Assembly (NCBI GenBank): GCA_030141605.1
Contig: JAQGDQ010000059.1
Location: forward strand, 186,001 to 250,000
DNA: 64,000 nt
Direction: 5' to 3'
DNA from: Tubiluchus corallicola
Lineage: Eukaryota; Animalia; Priapulida
The translations under genes were made by a program, and so were the position numbers. The notes under the pieces are model-generated. The model worked only from the letters and a program-made list of their open reading frames with translations. It had not been told where the DNA came from and searched no databases. This document shows positions 1 to 10,600 of the stretch, one piece after another. Numbering within the stretch: the first letter of the stretch is position 1; each line of letters begins with the position of its first letter.

Positions 1-243
1 CATCATCATTTTGGTATAGAATTTCATTTAAATACTAATCACTAATATATATCTGTAATTAATATTCATTGTGGCACACATATTTACATTGTGGTGCTCA
101 TAATTACAAAGTACCACCTCATAAATAGCTATATATCACAATCACTTTCATTAGCTTCAGGCAGTCTGGAATGTTTTGCTTTTCCATCAGATCTGCAAAA
201 ATTGCCTTTGCTCTGATAGGCATTCAACAGGCATACTATGCCT

Positions 244-1686
244 TTAATGGCCAATTCCTAAGTCAGGTCTAAGTTTTTCTTGAGCAATTTCCTCTGGTGT
301 CCTTTTGTTCAAGTTCACATCCACAAAATCATTTTGCACATTAACTGATTTACCATGCTCAGTCCGTGCTAAGGCCTTATTTATTTCTTGAACAGAATTT
401 TCGACTTGCCGCCTTTCTATATTGTGACTTTGTTGGTGTACATCTAAACTGACATGTTTTTGATAAATATCTTGCTTATGTGGCTGGATTATATCTTTTT
501 GGCCACCATGTAACTGTGATTCCTTAATGTTGGGTTGATTTTTGTAATATTGTTGTTGTTGTTGCTGCTGTTGATCGACAGGCTGCTCAGCAATAATTGA
601 CCCTTGTGCTTGAACATTTGGTTGCTGCTGCAGATTTACATGTTCATGACCAATTGGATTCTGGCGTTGCTCTTGAAGAATGGGTTGTTGAAAAATGGCC
701 TCTTGCTGCTGCTGTTGTTGGTGTGGAATAATTGGTTGCTGCACATACTGTTGCCCTTGATGAATAACCTGCTGTTGTTGCTGCTGATTTTGTGACAGTA
801 CTGGTTGTTGAACATACAGCTGATCTTGCCGAACAAGTGGCTGTTGTTGTGGTTGTTGACGATTAACCGGCTCCTGTTGTTGTTGCAGAACTGGCAACTG
901 CTGCTGTTGCAAAACTGGCTGTTGTTGTTGCTGTTGGTGAATTTCATATTGCCCCTGGTCACCTATTTGTTGTTGCGGTACATTGGACTGTACAACAATT
1001 GGTTGTTGTTGATGCTGCACAACATTTGGTTGTTGTTGCACAGCAACTGGTTGTTGGTGTTGTGGTGGCAGCTGCACAACAACTGGTTGTTGCTGCTGCT
1101 GCTGTTGTGGCACAACCTGCGGATTTTGCATACCACTTTGTTGTTGAAAAAGTTGTTGTTGATCCCTGATGAGATCTTGCTGCTGCATTTGACGAGCCTG
1201 TTCTTGTACTTTTGCCAGATTTTCTTCTGCTTCTTTTATGTCATGTTCCACATTATGCTTTTTCAATTCCTCTATGAGCTCCTTCTGCTCTTGTATAAGT
1301 TTATTCTGCTCTTGCTGGTGTCCCTCTAAAAATTCAATCAGTTTCTCTTGCTTCTTCTCTACCTCTTCTAACCTTTTCTCACTCTTCGTTTCTTCTTTTT
1401 TGTCCGTATCTTCCAGCAGCTTACTCTTAGAATCTTTCTTCCTAAGTTTTTGTTCACCTTCCTCACTAGACTTTTCCTCACGTTTTTTGACAGGCTTTGC
1501 TTCATCTTTCTCAGCAGTCTCTTCTACATCACCTCTGGTTTCATGAGGCTGCACTGACTTCTTTTCATCTTGTCGATGATCTTGATCACTCTTCTTATCA
1601 TTTGTGTTGGTATCTTTTACTTCATCAAGTTTTTCACTTTCGTTAGGTGCTTTTTCTACTTTGTCCTCTTTGCCAACATTGTTTTC
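244..1686 (-). CDS. SLC38A10: SLC38A10 terminal exon 14 (acidic, coiled-coil and Gln-rich tail)
   Basis: Matches ORF 244..1692; acceptor TTTTTGCAG ending at 1687; TAA at 246-244. Confidence 0.87.
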   Translation of the reverse strand, partial: ENNVGKEDKVEKAPNESEKLDEVKDTNTNDKKSDQDHRQDEKKSVQPHETRGDVEETAEKDEAKPVKKREEKSSEEGEQKLRKKDSKSKLLEDTDKKEETKSEKRLEEVEKKQEKLIEFLEGHQQEQNKLIQEQKELIEELKKHNVEHDIKEAEENLAKVQEQARQMQQQDLIRDQQQLFQQQSGMQNPQVVPQQQQQQQPVVVQLPPQHQQPVAVQQQPNVVQHQQQPIVVQSNVPQQQIGDQGQYEIHQQQQQQPVLQQQQLPVLQQQQEPVNRQQPQQQPLVRQDQLYVQQPVLSQNQQQQQQVIHQGQQYVQQPIIPHQQQQQQEAIFQQPILQEQRQNPIGHEHVNLQQQPNVQAQGSIIAEQPVDQQQQQQQQYYKNQPNIKESQLHGGQKDIIQPHKQDIYQKHVSLDVHQQSHNIERRQVENSVQEINKALARTEHGKSVNVQNDFVDVNLNKRTPEEIAQEKLRPDLGIGH

Positions 1687-4600
1687 CTGCAAAAAGCATA
1701 AGTTATATTAAAAATGGCCCGAATAATGTCTCAGTCTGTATTTACTAACACTTTACTTGTGAATATGTTCATATGTTCACAAACTTCTTAAACAATATGG
1801 CAATAACACACTTATGGTAAAAATGCATTTATTTGTGACATGTTTTGTTAATTCTGACAAGTGTTGTACAAAATTACTTTGCTTTTAGATTTCGCAATAT
1901 TGTTACATAAGAAACTGAAATTTATAAATACCTTATCTAAAATAGGGCCAGCTTCTGCATTGTCTATTGGAGCTTCAGGGATAACCGGCTCTTGTCTTTT
2001 TGCCTTCTCTTCCAATGGACTTTCTTCTTAAAAATAGAACAAAAATTCCAAACATTTTAATAAAATTTTTAGCAAACCAAACCAAAAAGGATACCAATCA
2101 CAAGTTGGGACAATAAATTCTTAGCAATGAAGTTATCTGTGAAAAGACATGCATACTGACTCACTGTTCACACTATTCATTCAGACATTTTAAAATAAAT
2201 GACCTCAGCCCAAGTAGCTCTTACATCAAGTGTCCGATGGTTGCTAGGGTCTAAGGATAACAATATAATGTAATAATATATAGCTTATTCATTAGATCAC
2301 AGCAATAAAAAGCAGAAGGTTACAACATTACACAGTAGCTTTCCTAGACTATAGGAGCCCTGCCAAACATATGAATGAATTCTAATAGTTTTTAACTATT
2401 TTTTTTAAAGATTATCTTAGATTTCATACCATCAGGTGGTTTTTCTTCCTTTATTTTGTCATCATCATCATCTTTTTTGCCATTTTCTTCAGAGTCTTTA
2501 ATGACATCGTCACCTATCAAATAAGTGACTAGTTGAGACTGTCAGCTAACGCAAGTCATTTAATTATATCAAAATTGGAATTTAACAAAATCACTTACTG
2601 CTTAACTATGCTTCAAAAATGCAAAAAGATTACATGCATACCATCCATATGTTTATCATCATCAGCTTTCTTTGCAGCCTCATCATTCTTCAGGTCTACA
2701 GCGTCATTTTCAACTGCTACTTCTTGTTGCTCAACCTCCCTCTTTTCTAAAAAGTTCTCTTCTAGTGGAACCACAGGTTTTGGTTTAGGATTCTCAAACT
2801 GCTGGACAGCAGCAGAGGAAAAACTGATCGCTTGAAGGTTAATGTAAGTTGAAAGTATAAGCACAGCAATCCCTAACAATAGCACGATCTGCAATTTCAA
2901 ATATACCTAAATGAATAGCAAACCACTAAAACAAGTGACAGAGTTTTTTTTCTATACAAATTGCCCAAACAGTAGCAATGTGAAAATAGAATTCGTGTAA
3001 CTAATTTGGCAGTGATAGGAGGCAGCTGTTAACACTAGAAGTAAGTGAGGACGTAGGTTGACAGGAAAACAACTTTTTGGTATAGAGCTCCAGAGGTAAG
3101 TGGTCCGTGGAAAAAATTAAAATTATAAGGATGGTTCATAATCTAGGTAAGAATATACAAGCAGTAGCAAAGCGACTATAACGTGCAAACTGTTGTTATT
3201 TCAAACGAATCTCCCATTAAAGCAGTGATAACAGAAACCCTTAATGCAACAATAAGCCATGAATAAATGAGAGATTAAAAGGCTGGCCTGGAATCAGGTC
3301 TAGGCAGGTTGACAATACTTTTGAGCACCCAACTTGTCCATGTCCCCCCCCCCCACCCAATGTCCATAGCCCTTCTTAAGATACTTACAGATGATTCTGA
3401 TGGAAATCTTTCAACTGATATGACTCAAGAACATAAATTATAATTACTAGTGAGGATTCTCGAGTAGTAAGTTCCCGTCAAGCACAAAAAAAGAAGATCC
3501 AAGAAACTACTAAAATTTCAGACTTCGTTTACCTGAGCTAAAGACTTTTCATTAGTCTGTTTTGGAACCAGAGATATAAATATAAGAGCTGGAATGATAT
3601 AGTTAATGACATTCCCCATTGTTGAACCAGTTAATCCCAAGATGGTCTCCACTAAAAAAACATACATTTAAAAAAATCAATTTATTTGCCAAAGCGGTAT
3701 ACTTGCAAGTATCCATTAGTTCTTTGTACCTAGTAGTTAAAATGGTTGCTTTAGAATTAAATGAGAATCATTGCAAAAACTGTTATTAAAACGTATCAAT
3801 CGTAAGAAATTGTTTGTAATTTTCAAAATGCAGCACAATCAAGTAACTTAATCACAGTGTATATCTCAAACAGGCATATTAAGACGAATGTTGAAAAACA
3901 TTATTGATACACAGCAAATGCACAATAAGCTTTTTCTTGCACTTTCCATAACCACTTTTTTCAACTAACTAAAACTTTAGAGAGGAGACAACAGAAATGT
4001 AAAGGCATAAAATGAAAGCATCTTTCACAATACAACACACCTAGATCCAAAATATAATAATAAACAATACTACCTTTAGGTATAAGAATCCCCACAGCTA
4101 AACAAATTGTCACTATGGTGATAGTTATGGCTTTAAACCGCTTGTCTGGTAAAACAGCTTTAGCAACCATGTGGTCGTGAGAGATGGCCTGAAAATAGAT
4201 CAACGCAAATTGTTACTAGCATTTTAAAATGGCTCTAAATGATGAATATGTTCTTTTTTACGTCTTCACAAACCTGAAAATCAGAAATGTGCCTCTTCAG
4301 ACCACTTTAGGACATTAGAATGGATTCAAGGCCCTTTTCTGTTCAGTTTTGGTCTCTCTTGATTTAATGAATGATATTTTTGCTGATATTGATCTTGTTT
4401 CCGTCTGGCGCGCACTGACATTAATCTTGATCTTTGTCTCGAATTCTTGTCAGAGTTTTTATCCCATTTTGAGCAAAATGTAACTATTTTTTTAACTGAG
4501 TACGTTCACATTATACAGTAGTACATATAGAACCTGTGAAAAAATACTTTAACTTTTTGGCTTTCATAGTTTCAGAATTCTTGGTCTCAAAATATCTAGT

Positions 4601-7600
4601 CTTGGTCTTGGCCTTATCACTGTCATAAATACCGTGACCTCAGCATTAACCATTCGCCTTTTATACTACAACTGAGGTCTTTATCCATTCTAGTCTACCC
4701 AGTCTTTGGCACTTCTCATCTTACCAGTACTTCCTGTTTTAGCTGTAGAGCAGTAATGAACTAATGCAGAAAGCTGTTGGAGTTATCTGTCTTTCAAAAA
4801 CAAACAATTACAAAAATTTATATAAAATGAAAATTATAAGTTTTAAAACTAGTGAGTCAGTAAACAAGTTAAACTTCTTACCTTCTTATACAAAAGTGTG
4901 TTAATACTTTCCCGCATTGGAAAGACAATAAGCGGAAAACTAATGGCAACAGCCAACACAAAAAATACTTTGATGCATTCGGTGACAAAACCTGGTTGTA
5001 GATTTAGAAGGATGTTGCCAGATGGACCCGTAATACAGAAGGCAATGTAGCCAAAAACTCCAACCTGTGGAAAAAATATGTAATACATATGTTTAAGCAC
5101 TAAAAATGGATCCACAAATGCTTAAATTTAAAGCGTTATGTAAATCTCCAAGCCTATGACTTTTATTGTCCATATTAAACAAGCCAGTATAAACTAATGA
5201 CAAGTACAAGTTTATGTAAATAGGCACTTCCTATAGCATACTGACAAAATTTTCAAACAAAACTGCAAACATTTGTCTTTCAAGATGGCAATTTTAGTTG
5301 TATTTTATGAAATATAAACATTGTGACACAAAACAGTAAGCATGTAAAGGACTAAAAGGACTTGTGGATCATCCTATAACTAACAACATAATATGTAATA
5401 CTATCTAATTTTATCAAAGTACACTCAGCAGCCTGACCTAAAGTTCTAATTTGTACTTACGGTGATGTAGACTAGAGAACATAGATTAACAGCACTTCCA
5501 ACAATGGAATTCATGCGTTTTGGGTTGGGATCACCCATGTGGTCATAGAGAACAAACAATTGACTGCAAAAAAATGAAAATATTTTAAACACTTGATAAA
5601 AAACCTAAAAGGTCTCTTTTAGTTATACTGCAGTTTTTTTATTACTCTTACATTTCTTCATTATTAAGTTTCTACCTGGTTTTACTTTAAAATAAGTAGG
5701 TTAATGCCTGATGAGATAAACCCACTTAGGTGTTAATTTCTCAATCTAATATTCTCAAAACCACAAGCACAAACTATGGCAGGGCCAGCTTGTCTACATA
5801 TACCTCAGAACTTACCATAATTTGAATCTGAATATCTTAACCATCTAATCTATACTGTAACTAAGTCTCATAGAGTACAGTGTTCCCTCACTTACCGCGG
5901 GTGTTCCGTTCCAGGCCCACCCGCGATAAGTGAATTTCCGCGAAGTAGGGACGCTATACTTATTTTAGTAGTTATACGTTCTTTTAAGTCTTTGTAAACC
6001 CTCCCTGCATGGTACCTGAGCCAATCAGCGACTGGGATTCAGAGCAGGATTCTCTGGTTCGTCGCTTTCCATCAATCAACCAATCGTGTGTTGTGTACAA
6101 TCTCACGTCGGTAAGTAGCATCTCAAGTGGGCACAAGTACTACATTTCGTTTTTGGAGTGTAGGGAACACTGTACAACATGGTGTGCACAAAATCATTCA
6201 CTTGAAGTTCTGGTTGACAACCACTTTTTATTGCTTCTATAACTTACTTACCTGAAGCATCTTTCACCAAATAATGTCAGAAATAGATGTACAAGGCGAA
6301 ACTGGATCAAAGAAATACTTCAGAAATCTTAAAAAATAATTGTAATCTGGGAAATATTTATAATTTATGTTCTGGTGCACTTAGTTCTAATGCTTCCAAT
6401 GCTATTTATAGGTAGCAACACCAGTATTGTAAACACTATATGATGTGATATGCAAATCATGTTCTACCATCGACTGATAAAAAGGAAAAGTTTGAACTAA
6501 GGAAAAGATTTCCTTAACCTATAAAAACAATTGCAAAGATGTGACTAACAATTACTAGGTACTATAACACAAAAGTTTATTCATAAATAACTGTTTTGCC
6601 CTTGACATATGTCAAAAGATGTCTGAATATTACATGCTAGTGAGAAAACAGCACACTTACAATTGACAAGACAAGGACATCGCAATTATGGGTAGACACT
6701 GAAGCACACCAGCTGGTCTCCAAAAGTCTGCATACAGCATCCACTGTTTGGTCGTTACCATTGGAAGTGATTCAAAAATTATCTATAATTATTAAGTTCA
6801 GCGTGAGTAACATATTTTTACAAATGTTTATATCAATGAAATTGACAAACACTTATAAAACATAATTACAAACAGTGTATAGTTCCTAAAAAAGTAGACA
6901 CATTTATTTCATTACATACTTTACCCAAATTAAAATAAGAACAAAAAAATTCTTGTCACATAAGCCAACTCACACAGGACAAATTTCAGCAATCAAAACA
7001 TCAATTAAATCATCTAACCTGGGCCAGGTCCTAGCTTAGAATTACTGAAAGTATGAACTAAGGTAATTGTGTATGGACCTATGATCTATTTTCAAATTTT
7101 TCATATATTTTGTCTTAAAAAATGTGTCAGCATTTTTGTTGCCACATCGGTCAACTCAGTCAGTGGGCAAACAATTGCAGCGAACAAAGCCATCAACCAA
7201 ATCCCTGTGACTCAGTTTAGAATAGATTGTAACTAATATGTTCACTAACAATAAAAAACAACAGCTGTGTTGTTATCCTCAATAAGGAGTTGTTATCCAT
7301 AAACAGTGATTATTTGTTTAATTAAAAGTGTATAACGTTAAGGACCACATGTTTTAGTTATGTTTTTGTATTTATATACACTTGTGTGACATATACATCA
7401 TGTATTATACTGCTTAATTATCCTTACTTAACCTGTAGACAATTACACATTTTTTTCAAAGCCATTCAGAGTCATCTACGCAATTTCATCTAAAAGAACA
7501 ATTAGTTATCTGAGCATCAACGATTGTAATTTTACAGAGAAAGTACTTAGTTCGCATGCAAAAAAGTAAGAGATCCTCTAAAGTTTAAAGGAAAATTAAG

Positions 7601-10600
7601 AGGGCAAGGGAGAATATCAAAAGTACATTTCCTAGAGCAGTGATTGATAACAAACAAAACAGATGGTTACACTGACCATTTTATGCAGATTTGTAAAGTT
7701 TCAAAACGCCTGGAAATGTCATTTCCTAACAAGAATTTTAAATTTTGATTTTATCATAATACTACTTCAACAAATATTTAAAACCTGGAGCAATTTATAG
7801 GCATACTCATCATATGTGAGTGTCCATAGAAAAATTGACCTTTTGTCATAAATTCTAAAATTTGAGTTATTGCCATATTCTTAATCAGCAGATCATGGCG
7901 AGCATTTTGATACCAATGTCATGTCTGTTTGTTGCTTTGAGCTGAGATACTGCAATCTATAATTGAGGTGAGTTATTTGTGAAAACAAAATTCTTGAGAG
8001 ATTGCCTTTCAAAGTTACAGCATATATTCATGATAATTTGCATAACAACCATGACAGATACTGGTTGCTATGAGGTTTCACACATTACTTAGAAGTCTAA
8101 ATTCTTTTTGTAAAGTATATTAGAAAGTGGATGCGATGAACTTACTTTACATAAATTGTTGGGCAGTTGAGCTAATTATTTTCTGACTGAGTAAACTTAA
8201 ATTAGAGGTGAATTATTGCAACATTAAGTACCCAAAATTTGCTTCTACAAGGAATGTTCCTAATCCATCAAGTGAGTTGCATCAATTATAGCAAGTTCCT
8301 GATAATACTTAGTCTATAAAATGTATTTTATGGGTTGACAGTTTATACAGGCAAGTTATTAATTACAGGTAAAAATTAGAGCACATTCGGTGATTTTCTT
8401 CTGCTAATTTTATGAAGATTTTTTTGGTAAACTTTGTGCTGAGCATCATAGACTGGTTTATTTTGTAAAGCTTCTTACTTCTAGGTCATTTCAGGTATTG
8501 CTACTTACTACAATAAGTTAAAGGTGTAAAAGTAATTTAATAAAGTCCTATTATATCTCAATATAATAAAAGAAAGTTTCCTTGTTTGTAGTTCAAACTG
8601 CTTAAAATATATTCACAGGTTTTGATTTCAAAATTATGTGAGCAGTATAATTAGATAAATCAAATACAGGTGTGTTCATGTTTTATTTTCTAAAAAGATA
8701 TTTTAGTCTGTATATCTAAATACAGATATATATCTAAAAAGGGTTTTACTACTTTCTACTTTACGGCATGATTTAAAGTACACAGCACATGAGTTATTAA
8801 ATACAGGCAAAGAAACTATCACAGGTATAAAAGCGAAATTTTAATTGTAATCTTTTTACCAATATTTACAGAAATTATGTGTAGTTTGTACACATTCTAA
8901 TGAACTTCTGTGCTTCAAAACACGTCTCAGGTAAAGTGATTTACCGAGTTAATTACAGGTGATACAAAACACAACACACAATGATACACAATTTATGCAC
9001 GTGAAAAAAGTGTAATATGTAATCATTTTTCCTGTTTTCCACCTTCTTCATTTTGGCAGGCATATCTTAAATGGTTTTCCTAATCCCATTTTCTACATTG
9101 CACATCTTCTTCAGCCTGTTTTACATAAAAAAAATAATACTATTACTAAACTTGCATTTAATAATTGTTTAACATATTTACATTTAACATGAGTTAGCTT
9201 TTAGCAAATGGGTATTATTTATATAAATACTGCTTGATTTTGGCAAAATCAGTATTTTGATTACTTAATGATTTTGATTCATCTAGAGAACAGTTTTAGC
9301 AAATTGCTAATATGCTCCTATTTTTATTAATAAATATATAGTCATAGTTCCTTAACCTATACACATTAATTCTATAGCATAGTAGTAAGTTTGCCAGCCT
9401 ATTTTTGCATTTTTTATCTTGACATTATCACAGTTTACTGCTAATAAGTAATAGCATGTCAAAATTCAAACCTCGTTAAGTAAGCAGCCCTAACCACAGA
9501 ACAGAAAATAAATAGCATAATCAGAATTTACATAGTTCTGTTGTTAACTTTAGTTAGTTGATTCATAATCAACTAACAAAATTCAAAAGTTTTGATGTCA
9601 CAACCTATTATACCAAAAGTCTGCGCTAATGGTTATCTTGCAATAAGTAAGCTACATTAGAGCCTGAAAAGTTTCAGTTTGTTAGGCTTTCTTTTTTATC
9701 AAAGTGTTTACAATTTAAAGTTACAGCTTCCTTACCTCATCAACTTCACTTGTGTTTCCATAAAAATCTGCGCTCAAAAAATAGCTAATTGCTACCGCCA
9801 AAGGTTCTTCTTCTATCGACAGTCACCAGCACTGATCTTTGAATAACGACTTGGCATCGAATCAACTTCCCTGTTAGCCATTGCAGTAACAAGCAAGCTA
9901 CGCTGAAGCTGTTGCATCTGCATGGTTAGTGTATTTACGTACCAGCTACGCAAATAACTTGGTCAAAAATAACATCATTTCACTTTCATTGGTCAATTAA
10001 GTCCTGTCAAAGTTTAATTTACTAGATTTTTTACCTTACTGTTGAAACGAGGGACAAAATCAGAATTGGCAACAAGAAAACTCTGTCAGATAAAGCTTTG
10101 CCGTTTCAAACATTGACATTGACAACCACTTGAAAGCGATGGCTTCTACGGCAGCAAATGAAGAACCCCAGCACCAAGTAGGTGTCACAAAAAGCATGTT
10201 TTTATTAATTTATAACTAATTAGTAACTAATTTTTACTACACATTACACATACAGTAGTTTAGCCACCATAGATAATTTACCAAAATCCAAATATGGGTA
10301 AAACTCAACATTCTTATCAAACAGCTGTAGCTTTCCAATTCACATGCTGCAAAATGGCCGATTTTGCCATGGACACTCATTTATTCTTATCCGAGATAAA
10401 GTAACTCTTACCATCATTGCAATATTAATAAAAGTTTTTTTATACCTTTAGCACAAATATCACATAAAATAGCATGGACATAGCATTAAAACTGCTAAGG
10501 CTGCCAAGATCTCTGAGCATGCAGAGAGGCAAAATGACCACCAGTCCCAGAAAAATCATGAGAAAACTCCTAAGGAAGTCATCATTCTGAAAAAAATAAC

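Noticed and set aside
604-1546. Leu-rich and Ser/Phe-rich plus-strand ORFs and the Asn-rich minus-strand ORF 636..962
   Set aside because: Antisense or alternate-frame shadows of the CAA/CAG-rich SLC38A10 exon
3389-3414. Possible 26-nt cassette exon in SLC38A10 intron 10 (GTAAGT donor)
   Set aside because: The acceptor lacks a polypyrimidine tract and the exonic donor context is weak
5700-5750. CTGATGAG hammerhead-like core (also CTGACGA near 59154 and 63740)
   Set aside because: No stem II closed by GAAA and no stem I/III pairing found
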